Shown: piece after piece, positions 36,420 through 45,429 of the stretch | Layout of the letters: each line of letters starts with the position of its first letter | How positions within the stretch are numbered: the first letter of the stretch is position 1 | Origin: an uncultured Alphaproteobacteria bacterium | GTDB lineage: Bacteria; Pseudomonadota; Alphaproteobacteria; Rhizobiales; Xanthobacteraceae | Reading direction: 5' to 3' | Length of the DNA: 64,000 nucleotides | Assembly (NCBI GenBank): GCA_963845775.1 | Contig: CAWJTE010000002.1 | Coordinates: forward strand, 81,808-145,807 | Made by a program: the position numbers and the translations under genes | The notes under the pieces: generated by a model | The model's database searches: none | Told to the model about the DNA's origin: nothing | The model's input: only the letters and a program-made list of their open reading frames with translations

Positions 36420-37457
36420 ATGTTGGACGAGGAGCAGGACACGCTGGCCGCCGAATACGTGCTTGGCACTCTTTCCGCCGAGGAGCGCGAGCACGCCGAC
36501 GCGCTGCTGTCATTCGATCCCGGCTTCGAAGCCGCCGTTCGGCAATGGGAGCGGCGTCTCGGCGAACTCAACGTCATGGTGGAAGCGGTTGAGCCGCCGA
36601 CCGAACTCTGGGGGAAAATCAAGGACGAGGTGACATCGATCGCGCCCGCAGGCGAGGCCAAATCTTTCATGCCGGCAGGCGAGCCGGAATTTTTCGCACC
36701 GGCAAGCGAACCAGAATTGCATTTACCGCGCGACCTCGACGACCCGGCAACGGTTGCCGCCCTGGCCGCCGATCTCACGTCGTTTGACCCCGCCACCAAT
36801 TCAGCGCCCGCAGCCACGTCCGAAATTAACCCGACGGTATCGGTTGCTTCGCCGGCGGCCGAGCCAGAGCCGGTCCAGCGCAGCGCCGATGTGATCTATC
36901 TCGCCGCCCGTGTGCGGCGATGGCGGCGCGTGAGCGTTGCGTTCGGCGCGGTCGCCGCGTTGCTGGCGCTGTATGTCGCCGTGTGGCAGGCCGCGCCGGA
37001 GGTGATCCCCGAGCAACTGCGGCCCGCGAGCGCACGTATGACGGCGCAAGCGGACGGCACGGCGCGCATGCAGCAGGATCGGCTGGTTGCCGTGCTGCAA
37101 CAGGGGCCAAACACACCGGCCTTCCTACTCACCCTCGACACGCGCGCGCACACTTTGGTCGTACGTCGGGTGTCGGCTACTCCGGAAGCGGGAAAGAGCT
37201 ACGAGCTGTGGCTGATTGCAGGCCGCAGCGGCGCTCCGCAGTCACTCGGCCTGGTCGGCAACGACGAGTTCACGCAGCGGCCGGTGCCGGCGAATTTCAA
37301 CGTCGATACGCTGCGAAACGCGGTCTATGCGGTATCGCTCGAGCCGGCGGGCGGCTCAAAGAGCGGCGCGCCCAGCGGACCTGTTCTTTTCACCGGCCAG
37401 GCGGTCGAATCGCTGCCGGCATCGCCACCACCTAAGCCAGCAGAGCCGCGAACCTGA
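36420..37457 (+). CDS. Anti-sigma factor, RskA-like
   Basis: N-terminus AAEYVLGTLSAEEREHADALLSFDPGFEAAVRQWERRL, a central TM segment (VSVAFGAVAALLALYVAV), and the C-terminal RskA pattern YELWLIAG...YAVSLEPAGGS. Confidence 0.85.
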   Translation: MLDEEQDTLAAEYVLGTLSAEEREHADALLSFDPGFEAAVRQWERRLGELNVMVEAVEPPTELWGKIKDEVTSIAPAGEAKSFMPAGEPEFFAPASEPELHLPRDLDDPATVAALAADLTSFDPATNSAPAATSEINPTVSVASPAAEPEPVQRSADVIYLAARVRRWRRVSVAFGAVAALLALYVAVWQAAPEVIPEQLRPASARMTAQADGTARMQQDRLVAVLQQGPNTPAFLLTLDTRAHTLVVRRVSATPEAGKSYELWLIAGRSGAPQSLGLVGNDEFTQRPVPANFNVDTLRNAVYAVSLEPAGGSKSGAPSGPVLFTGQAVESLPASPPPKPAEPRT

Positions 37458-37495
37458 CGGCCCGCACGGGTCGGAAGCAAGCTAGGGGGCTTAAA

Positions 37496-37750
37496 TCAGC
37501 GGATGGGCCGCAGTCCGCCGCTTAGCGCGGTTGGCTGTCCGGCTTTGACGAGCGGAGCCGTTCCCAAGTCGAGGTCGCTGACCCGTGCGAAAATGCCCAC
37601 CGCCGTGACCAGGGTCGCGCACAAAAGGCCGATGACCACGATCTTCAGATGCGTGCGGCGGTCTGCGCTGTACATCGAATGATTTATGGCGTCCCCTGGC
37701 TCTGTGCACTGACGAGCATTTTGCCGGTCAAACGCACGCCTGGCCCACAC
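37496..37750 (-). CDS. Small single-TM hypothetical protein (start uncertain; ATG at 37675 is possible)
   Basis: Has a TM segment (LKIVVIGLLCATLVTAVGIF). There is no convincing SD. Confidence 0.35.
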   Translation of the reverse strand: MWARRAFDRQNARQCTEPGDAINHSMYSADRRTHLKIVVIGLLCATLVTAVGIFARVSDLDLGTAPLVKAGQPTALSGGLRPIR

Positions 37751-37911
37751 TCACATACGTGCGAGCGACCGCCCTCGAAACGCGCTTTCACCGAAGCTTG
37801 AACAGCTGTGATAACGGGTGAGCGGTGGTTTTGTTCCGCGCCGGGTCATTCCGGCCAAAAGCGGCGCGCTCGCCGCCCCTCCCGGCGCTCCTGAATAACG
37901 ACCGAAATTGC

Positions 37912-39128
37912 CTAGATGCTGGCGACGGTTTTGAGCCGCGTGCGCGGGTGGATTTCCGACTGTGCGAGCACGCTCGTTTGCGCGCGGAAGCGTTCGACAA
38001 TGCCGCGCACGAATGAACGGATGGCCGGCGAAGTCACTAGCAGCGGCGCTTCGCCGTCGCGCGCCGCTTGTTCGAACTTTTCCCGCACCAGGTTGATGAA
38101 CTCGGTGAGCTTCGATGGCTGCATGGCGAGCGTGCGCTCGTCGCCCTGGCCGACGATCAATTCGGCAAAAGCCTGTTCCCACTTGGCGGTGAGCGCGATG
38201 ATCGGGAGGTAGCCGGCGGGACTGGTATGCTGCGCGCAGAGCTGGCGTGACAGGCGTGCGCGAACATGCTCGGCCAGCATCGTTGGGTTTCGCGTCGCCG
38301 GCAGTCCGTCGGCGATGCTTCAAGAATAGTCGCCAGGTCGCGGATCGACACGCGCTCCGCCAACAATATCTGCAAGGTGCGCTGAATGCCCGAGATGGTG
38401 ACCTGCGCCGGAACGATGTCCTTGATCAGTTCCGCTTGCTCCTTCGGCAGCTCCTTCAGCAGCTTCTGCACTTCGCCGTAGGAGAGCAGCTCGGACATAT
38501 TGCCCTTGATCAGCTCGGTGAGATGCGTTGCGAGCACGGTCGCGGCGTCGACCACGGTGTAACCCTTAACCGTGGCTTCTTCCTTGAGCGATCCGTCGAT
38601 CCAGGTGGCGGGCAAACCGAAGGTCGGCTCGGTGGTGTGCATGCCCGGCAAGTTCACCTGACCGCCCGCCGGATCCATAACCATGTATTGGCCGTGCCAC
38701 ACGGCGCCGGTGCCGGATTCGACCTCCTTGATCTTGATCACGTAGCTGTTGGCGTCGAGCTGGACGTTGTCGAGGATGCGCACCGCCGGCATCACGAATC
38801 CCATTTCACCGCGAGCGAGCGGCGCAACGCCTTGATCTGCTCGGTGAGGCGATCGCCGCCGTCGGGTGCATTGCCCAGCGGCAGCAGCGCATAGCCGAGC
38901 TCGATCTTGAGGTCGTCCATCTTCAGCGTAGCCGACATTGGCTCTTCGGCCGGCGCGGTTTTGCGGCTTCGGCTTTCTTCACTTCCGCCGCAAGCGCCTG
39001 CTTCTAGCGGCGGTCGATCACGTAAGCCAGCGCCCCGGTACCGCCGCCGAGCGCAAAGAACGGGATCAGCGGAATTCCCGGCAACAGCGCCATCACCAGC
39101 ATCACGGCCGCCGACATGCCGAGCGAAT
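37912..39128 (-). pseudogene. flhA: Flagellar export gate FlhA remnant: about the C-terminal 400 codons, with at least 3 frameshifts and an in-frame TAG
   Basis: Reading the reverse strand gives GMSAAVMLVMALLPGIPLIPFFALGGGTGALAYVIDRR, then TAG (39007-39005). A frameshift follows at about 38955-38968. DDLKIELGYALLPLGNAPDGGDRLTEQIKALRRSLAV is followed by a 1-nt loss (38817-38819). EMGFVMPAVRILDN...VSIRDLATILE is followed by a 1-nt loss (about 38318). GIADGLPATRNPTMLAEHVRARLSRQL continues to the stop at 37912. The roughly 290-aa N-terminal TM domain is absent. Confidence 0.88.
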
Positions 39129-39223
39129 TACCTCCCCGGCAAAATGTGCCGGGTATATGGTTACCGCGGGGTTAACTTTGGTCGCGGCCGTTGGCGAATT
39201 CCGCGCCCGCATCACGAGGATCG

Positions 39224-39673
39224 ATGCCCGGGCCTGTCCGTTTCGTGTTGATTGCCATGGCTTCGGCCGGTGCCTTTGCGCTTGCTGTCACGGCCGGCTT
39301 CGCGGACGGCATTGCGCCCGGCCTGTGGCGTATCACCAGCCGCACGGAGACTGGCGGGGTGATCGGACCACCACATGAAAGTTCGCGGTGTTTCAGCCCC
39401 GGTCAAGCAAGTGACGTTGTTGCGACGTTCGTGCCGGCGGCCGGTGCGGAAAATTCAAGCTGCACGCCGGCCGAGCACAGTCTGCACGGTGGCAAGCTCA
39501 GTTGGCGGCTCACCTGCCGGGGCCAGACCGAAATGGAACAGTCCGGCGAATTCATCTTCGACAGCCCGCGCCACTATACAGCGACGATGCGAACGCGAGC
39601 GGCCGTTTCCGGCAAGACGATGGTCAACTCGCAGGACACGCTCGAAGGTCAGTGGGTGTCGGAATGCCGGTAG
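39224..39673 (+). CDS. DUF3617-like secreted protein or lipoprotein
   Basis: Signal peptide MPGPVRFVLIAMASAGAFALAVTAGFA, then GLWRITSRTE...C...C...G.L.W...C. The ATG at 39224 is preceded by GAGGA. Confidence 0.65.
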   Translation: MPGPVRFVLIAMASAGAFALAVTAGFADGIAPGLWRITSRTETGGVIGPPHESSRCFSPGQASDVVATFVPAAGAENSSCTPAEHSLHGGKLSWRLTCRGQTEMEQSGEFIFDSPRHYTATMRTRAAVSGKTMVNSQDTLEGQWVSECR

Positions 39674-39751
39674 GTTTCGGGGCGCGGGTGATAGCATAAC
39701 ATCACGTTTGCTCTTATTTTTGCGGTGGTCGTTCGAAAGCGAGGTGCCTGC

Positions 39752-40726
39752 ATGCATTTGCATTCCATTGCGCCGTGGACGCACGGTCACGCCTTTCTCG
39801 GCGAACACCACGGCGAACATGAACGACGCACCTGGAGCGTGGTAGCGCTGACCGCGGTCATGATGGTTGTGGAAATTGTCGGCGGCCTGATGTTCGGCTC
39901 GCTGGCACTGGTCGCGGACGGCTGGCACATGGGCACCCATGTCGCGGCGCTGGCGATTGCCGGGTTGGCTTATCTGTTCGCGCGCCGGCACGCGCAGGAC
40001 GCGCGGTTTTCGCTTGGTACCGGCAAATTCGGCGAGCTGGCGGCATTCGCGAGCGCCATCATCCTCACCATTATCGCGCTCGGCATCGGCTACAAGTCGG
40101 TGCTGCGGCTTCTGCGCCCGGTCGCGATCCATTTCCGCGAGGCGATTCCGATCGCGGTGCTGGGTCTGGCCGTGAATTTGGCGAGCGCCTGGCTGTTGCG
40201 CGAGACCGATCATCATGGCCATGCCTATTCTGCGCACGACCACGGGCATAATCATCACCACGAGCATGCCGCGCATGAACGCACAGGCACGGAAGACGAT
40301 TCCAATTATCGCGCCGCCTATGCCCACGTGCTTGCCGACGCGCTGATCTCGGCGCTCGCGATCGCCGGCTTGTCATCGGCATGGGCATTCGGATGGAATT
40401 TCATGGATCCGGTGGTGGGGCTGATCGGCACGATCGTGATCGTTTCCTGGGCGGTCAGTCTGGCACGCGGCGCCGGTCGCGTGCTGCTCGACACCGTGCC
40501 CGATCCGGATTTGGCGCGGCGCATTCGTGAACGCATCGAAATCGGCGGCGATCGCGTCACCGATCTGCATCTGTGGCAGCTCGGCCCCGGCCACGCCGCG
40601 GTGGTAGCTTCGGTCGTTTCGGATACGCCGCAGGCGCCGTCGGCCTATAAACGTCGCCTGGAAGATTTGGTCGGATTGTCGCACGTGACGGTCGAGGTCA
40701 ACGAGTGCGTGAACGAGGGCGAGTAG
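39752..40726 (+). CDS. Cation diffusion facilitator transporter (DmeF/CzcD-like) with a His-rich loop
   Basis: MHLHSIAPWTHGHAFLGEHHGEHERRTW..., then the TM2 motif GSLALVADGWHMGTHV and the loop ETDHHGHAYSAHDHGHNHHHEH. Confidence 0.85.
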   Translation: MHLHSIAPWTHGHAFLGEHHGEHERRTWSVVALTAVMMVVEIVGGLMFGSLALVADGWHMGTHVAALAIAGLAYLFARRHAQDARFSLGTGKFGELAAFASAIILTIIALGIGYKSVLRLLRPVAIHFREAIPIAVLGLAVNLASAWLLRETDHHGHAYSAHDHGHNHHHEHAAHERTGTEDDSNYRAAYAHVLADALISALAIAGLSSAWAFGWNFMDPVVGLIGTIVIVSWAVSLARGAGRVLLDTVPDPDLARRIRERIEIGGDRVTDLHLWQLGPGHAAVVASVVSDTPQAPSAYKRRLEDLVGLSHVTVEVNECVNEGE

Positions 40727-40729
40727 CCG

Positions 40730-41416
40730 ATGGGGAAGGGCGCGTTCACCCGCCACCTCTCGCTTGCTGCCGCACTAGCAGTCACCGTCTTCGCTTCGGC
40801 TTTTGCCCAGGAGCGGCCGGCTTCGTTCGTCGACGCCGCTACGGTCGTGCCGGGAGTAATCGTCGAGATGCGCTATGCCAGCTCGCATAACTTTGTCGGC
40901 CGGCAGATCGACGGTTACGAGGCGGCGCGCTGTCTGCTCACGCTGGCTGCGGCTGCAGCACTGGCGGAAGTGGCGCGCGACCTCGCCCCGCGCGGGCTGA
41001 CGCTCAAGGTGTTCGATTGCTATCGGCCGGTGAGGGCGGTCGCAAATTTCGTGCGCTGGGCGCGCGCAATTGCCGATGTCGCCGGTAAAAAGGAATTCTA
41101 TCCCGACATCGACAAAAGGCTGCTGTTCCAGGATGGCTATATCGCTTCGCGGTCCGGCCATTCGCGCGGCTCGACCGTAGATCTGACGCTGGCCCACGAC
41201 GGTCAGGAGCTCGACATGGGCACGCCGTTCGACTTCTTCAGCATTCGCTCGTGGCCTGGTTCAGCCGACGTGAGTGCCGAAGCCATGGCCAATCGCGCCT
41301 TGCTCGCCGACGCCATGCGGCGGCACGGATTTCGCCCTTATGACCGTGAGTGGTGGCATTTCACGCTGGCTCACGAGCCTTTCCCCGACACCTACTTCGA
41401 TTTTCCGGTCAAATAA
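40730..41416 (+). CDS. Secreted M15-family D-alanyl-D-alanine dipeptidase (VanX/DdpX-like)
   Basis: Signal peptide ...AVTVFASAFAQ, then the motifs FDCYRP, SRSGHSRGSTVDLTL and EWWHFTL. It starts 4 nt after the CDF stop. Confidence 0.82.
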   Translation: MGKGAFTRHLSLAAALAVTVFASAFAQERPASFVDAATVVPGVIVEMRYASSHNFVGRQIDGYEAARCLLTLAAAAALAEVARDLAPRGLTLKVFDCYRPVRAVANFVRWARAIADVAGKKEFYPDIDKRLLFQDGYIASRSGHSRGSTVDLTLAHDGQELDMGTPFDFFSIRSWPGSADVSAEAMANRALLADAMRRHGFRPYDREWWHFTLAHEPFPDTYFDFPVK

Positions 41417-41482
41417 GGAATTCAACGTATGAGCCCTCTCCGCCATCGGGTCGCGGGTCGTGTCGCCCGTTTTCTCGACGGC

Positions 41483-42214
41483 TCATAAGCCCAGATAAAA
41501 CTTCTTGATCAGATCGTTGTTGTTGAGGGCATCGGCCGAGCGGCCTTCGAACGCGATCTTGCCGTGCACGATTACGTAGCCGCGGTCGGCGATGCGGATC
41601 GCTTGCGTGAAGTTCTGCTCCGCCATCAGAACAGTAAGCTTATAGCGCTCCTTCAGATGGGCGATGGCCTCGATGGTGCGGCTGACCAGAATCGGCCCCA
41701 GACCCACCGAGGGTTCATCCACCAGCAGGATTTTCGGCGCCAGCATCAATGCGCGGCCGAGCGCGAGCATTTGCTGTTCGCCGCCACTCATCGAGCCTGC
41801 GAGCTGCGAGCGGCGTTCTGCAAGCCGCGGGAAGGTCTCGAAGCAAACCTCGAGATTGCGCGTCAATTCGGCACGCGCGGTGCGGCGGAAGGCGCCAAGG
41901 AGGAGGTTCTCTTCTACGGTCAGTTTGGGAAATAGCCGGCGGCCCTCCGGCACCAGCGCAATACCGAGATCGACAATCTGCTCGGTCGTGCGGCCGACGA
42001 GGTCGTGATTGACGCCGTCGATCTCGGCGATGATCGACCCGGCTCTCGGCTGCACGATGCCCATGATGCATTTCATGAGCGTCGATTTGCCATTGCCGTT
42101 GGTCCCCAGCAGCACCACGGTCTCGCCCGCCCCGATATTGAGCGAGACGTCGTCGATGACACGCACCGCCCCGTACGCGGCGTGAACGCCGGTGAGGGTG
42201 AGCTTACTGGCCAA
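41483..42214 (-). CDS. Branched-chain amino acid-type ABC transporter ATP-binding protein (LivF-like)
   Basis: Walker A is GTNGNGKST, the signature is MSGGEQQ, and Walker B is ILLVDEPS. I inferred the TTG start at 42214, which overlaps the upstream gene by 11 nt. The ORF-track start at 42298 is less likely. Confidence 0.85.
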   Translation of the reverse strand: MASKLTLTGVHAAYGAVRVIDDVSLNIGAGETVVLLGTNGNGKSTLMKCIMGIVQPRAGSIIAEIDGVNHDLVGRTTEQIVDLGIALVPEGRRLFPKLTVEENLLLGAFRRTARAELTRNLEVCFETFPRLAERRSQLAGSMSGGEQQMLALGRALMLAPKILLVDEPSVGLGPILVSRTIEAIAHLKERYKLTVLMAEQNFTQAIRIADRGYVIVHGKIAFEGRSADALNNNDLIKKFYLGL

Positions 42215-42956
42215 GGTAAGCCCGCTCCACTTCCGGGTCGCGTACAACCGCGTTCGGCTCGCCGTCGGCAATCTTGCGTCCGGAGACCAGGACGACAAGC
42301 CGCTGAGAAAAACTCATCACCGCGCGCATGATGTGTTCGATCAGAATGACGGTAACGCCTTGTTCGTTCAGGCGCTTGAGCAGGATCAGAATTTCCTCGA
42401 CTTCGGAATGGGTCAGTCCGGCCATCGATTCGTCGGCGATCAGGAGCTTGGGCTCCGCCGCCATCGCGCGCACAAGCTCGAGCTTGCGCATCTCGACCTG
42501 GGTGAGGTCGCGCGGCAGCCGATGCGCCTTGCTGTCGAGCCCCACCTCGCGCAACAAATCGATGCATCGCTCCTCGATGTGGTGGGCCGCGCGGAGCACC
42601 CCGCCGCGCGCCGCGACCGTATAGAGCAGCGGTATGCGCAGATTTTCGGCCAGGGTGAGGCTGGCGAATGGGCGCGGCAGCTGGAACGTGCGCGCCACCC
42701 CGCGGCGCGTGCGCTGATGTGCGGTAAAGCCGTCGAGTGCGCGGCCGTCAAAGTGAACCGAGCCGGCCTCGTTGCGAAGCGTGCCGCAGATGCAATTGAC
42801 CAGGGTGCTTTTGCCTGACCCGTTCGGGCCGATCAGCCCGACGCGTTCGCCCGGCTGCACCGAGAGCGCGATATTTTCCAGCGCGACAAACCCGCCGAAG
42901 CGCTTGCCGAGGTTGTGGACTTCGAGAAGGCGGTCATGGCGCCGCCTCCGGCGCAT
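42204..42956 (-). CDS. ABC transporter ATP-binding protein (LivG-like)
   Basis: LLEVHNLGKRFGG, then Walker A GPNGSGKST and LLIADESMAGL. Confidence 0.87.
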   Translation of the reverse strand: MRRRRRHDRLLEVHNLGKRFGGFVALENIALSVQPGERVGLIGPNGSGKSTLVNCICGTLRNEAGSVHFDGRALDGFTAHQRTRRGVARTFQLPRPFASLTLAENLRIPLLYTVAARGGVLRAAHHIEERCIDLLREVGLDSKAHRLPRDLTQVEMRKLELVRAMAAEPKLLIADESMAGLTHSEVEEILILLKRLNEQGVTVILIEHIMRAVMSFSQRLVVLVSGRKIADGEPNAVVRDPEVERAYLGQ

Positions 42957-43927
42957 CGGCTTCGACGCGGCGGCGCCGACTGGCCGGCCGGCCGGTGTCG
43001 AATGTATTTTTGCACCAATCCGATAATGCCGTTCGGTGCCACGATCACGAAGCTGACCAGAAGAAAGCCGACGATGAGAAGATTGACCGCGGACGAGATC
43101 GTCACCGTAGCGATTTGTTGCAGGGACCCGAGCAGGACCGCGCCGATCAGTGGGCCGACCCAGCCCGTAGTGCCGCCGATCAGCGGCATGGCGATCGAGT
43201 TGACGGCGTAATCGAGGCCGAAGGCTGAAGAAGGTTGCAGGTAGCCGATGTAATAGGGGAATGGCGCCCCGGCCATGCCCATAAGCGCGCCCGAGATTGT
43301 GGTGGCGATAAGCTTCAGTCGGAGTGTCGGCACGCCAGAGGCTTCCGCCGCCAGTTCATCGTCGCGAATGGTGGCAAAGCCATAGCCCAGCCGCGACCGC
43401 TCGATCAGTCGAGCCACCGTGATGGAGCCAATCGCCAGCAGCAGCATGATCAGGAACAGATATTTGATATAGCTGCCGAACGGCGCGATCGTTTCTGGCC
43501 GCACGATATAAGCGCCGCGCGAGCCGCCGACGTAGTCCCAGTTGACGACCAGCGTCTGCAATACCACCGCAAGCGCGAGCGTTGCGATGGCGAAAAACGC
43601 ACCGCGCAGGCGCAGCGTCAGATAGCCCGTGCCAAACCGACAACGCCGGACGCCACCCCGCCAATCGCGACGTCGACCGGTATCGGCACGTCGGATGCAG
43701 CGATACATGGAGACGGTCGAATAAGCGCCGAGCGCAAAAAAGGCGGCCGAGCCAAAATTGACGTAGCCGCAATAGCCGCCAAGGATGTTCCACGCTGTAG
43801 CCAGCACCACATACTGGACGACGACGTAACCGGCGAAAAAATAATAATCGTTGCCGAGCGCAACCGCGAGGCCGTAAACGCCGGCGCCGACAATCAGGCT
43901 GATAATGAAGAATATGTCCGAGCGCAC
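42833..43927 (-). pseudogene. LivM-like ABC permease with an internal out-of-frame segment of about 70 nt, as assembled
   Basis: The main frame reads ...GAYSTVSMY RCIRRADTGRRRDWRGGVRRCRFG TGYLTLRLRGAFFAIATLA. The Arg-rich stretch replaces a TM helix that is readable in the adjacent frame as AASDVPIPVDVAIGGVASGVVGL. There is an extra nucleotide at about 43702 and a missing G at about 43632-43633. The 3' end also overlaps livG by 123 nt. Confidence 0.75.
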
Positions 43928-43930
43928 CTT

Positions 43931-44806
43931 TTAACGTCCTAGCAGGCCGGCCGGCCGCACCGCCAGCGTCAACAACAAAAAGCCGAACGACACCGCCGGC
44001 GCCCACGAGGGACCATAGAAGGTCGAAGTCAGGCTCTCGACGACACCGACCAGCATGGCGGCGACCAAAGTGCCCGGCAGGCTTCCCATGCCGCCAAGCA
44101 CGCAAATGGCAAACACCCGGCCGATATATTCGCGGCCGACCGACGGCTCGACCGGTTGGATGATGATGAGGAAAGCGCCGGCGAGCGCGGCGGTTGCGAT
44201 CGAAATGCCGAAGGCGATCCGTTTAATGCGAACCGGATCGACAGCCATGAGCCTGAGCGCCAGCTCATCCTGCGCCACCGCCATGATCGCGCGTCCGATG
44301 AAGCTGCGCGTGAGCACGAGTTGCAATACTGCGATCAACAACAGCGAAACCAGGCACGGCACCAGGATGCGCAAGGGAATATCAACGAAACCGAAATGCA
44401 AGGTCGGGCCGATATATGGCGCCTCGACGTAGCGATAGTCGACGCCGAAGTAGAGAACCAGCGATACTTCGGTGATGAACAGGATGCCGAAAAAGAAAGC
44501 GAGCCCGCGCATCGATTCCTGCCCGCGTTTCTCAAACGAGACGTGGTAGACCTGATAAATAGCGGCGCCGAGCACGTAGAAAGCCGGTGTCACCGCGATG
44601 GCTGCAACGATCGGATCGAGCCCGAGCTTCATGTTGATGATGTAGACGACGTAAGAGCCGAGGATGATGAAGCCCGGATGGGCGATGTTTACAATGTCGA
44701 GAATGCCGAACGACAACGTTATGCCGGCAGTCACCGCCGCGTAGAACGCGCCGATCAGGATACCCGACACGATGGCATCGATCAGAAGTTCGAACGAGAA
44801 GATCAT
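43931..44806 (-). CDS. LivH-like ABC permease
   Basis: 291 aa, hydrophobic throughout, with a typical LivH N-terminus (LLIDAIVSGILIGAFYAAVTAGITLSFGIL). Confidence 0.87.
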   Translation of the reverse strand: MIFSFELLIDAIVSGILIGAFYAAVTAGITLSFGILDIVNIAHPGFIILGSYVVYIINMKLGLDPIVAAIAVTPAFYVLGAAIYQVYHVSFEKRGQESMRGLAFFFGILFITEVSLVLYFGVDYRYVEAPYIGPTLHFGFVDIPLRILVPCLVSLLLIAVLQLVLTRSFIGRAIMAVAQDELALRLMAVDPVRIKRIAFGISIATAALAGAFLIIIQPVEPSVGREYIGRVFAICVLGGMGSLPGTLVAAMLVGVVESLTSTFYGPSWAPAVSFGFLLLTLAVRPAGLLGR

Positions 44807-44904
44807 TACTCAGCCCCGCCGGCCAGCACGCCGTGCCGCTGTGTTTAAACGAAAGTGCTGTTGCCGAGCGCGATCAGGATAGAGCCGCAACGCGCCCGCG
44901 CGCT

Positions 44905-45348
44905 TTAAGCCGCGGCCCGCACCTTGTTAGGAATGGCGAGCGGCTTGTTCGCGCTATTGAGGAATTCGACGGTCATGAAGACAATTTCCTTGTCACCGAT
45001 GTTCTCGAGGTCGTGGACCTTGAACTCGCCCGGCCCGTACGTCTCGTGCCGGGTCTCGCCGGGCGCGTAGGTGTATTCGACCGTCGTGCCATCGTGCAGG
45101 TGCTGGCGTCCACGCCCGCCGGTCACGTTAGTCCAGAAGTAGTCAAGCACGTGCCGGTGGAAACCGAACCGTTGACCTGGCGCCAGCCGGATTTGCCAGA
45201 CGCGGACGCGCGCGCTCTCTGAAAGAAGCACATTTCCGACGCAGCCATTGTTGTTGTGCCGCTCGCGCTCGAATTCCGCGGCAATCGCGCTAGGCCACTC
45301 TGTTTTGTCGGCGGTGTCGCTTTTTTTGTCCAGCATCGTCAGGGCCAT
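44905..45348 (-). CDS. Cupin-domain protein
   Basis: 147 aa containing GQRFGFHRH...E...H and a beta-rich sequence. The call is low in specificity. Confidence 0.6.
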   Translation of the reverse strand: MALTMLDKKSDTADKTEWPSAIAAEFERERHNNNGCVGNVLLSESARVRVWQIRLAPGQRFGFHRHVLDYFWTNVTGGRGRQHLHDGTTVEYTYAPGETRHETYGPGEFKVHDLENIGDKEIVFMTVEFLNSANKPLAIPNKVRAAA

Positions 45349-45429
45349 GGCGTTCCTCCAGCCTTATGTCACAGTATAGAAAACGTCCGGGTATTGGCAA
45401 TTAGTTCCAGCGAATAGCAAGCTGTTGGC

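Noticed and set aside
42900-42960. Possible lost original livG start (ATG ACC GCC [C]TT CTC GAA GTC = MTALLEV)
   Set aside because: It is plausible as a further 1-nt deletion. However, the existing ATG at 42956 (MRRRRRHDRLLEV...) still gives an open, full-length LivG, so there is not enough evidence to call a lesion.
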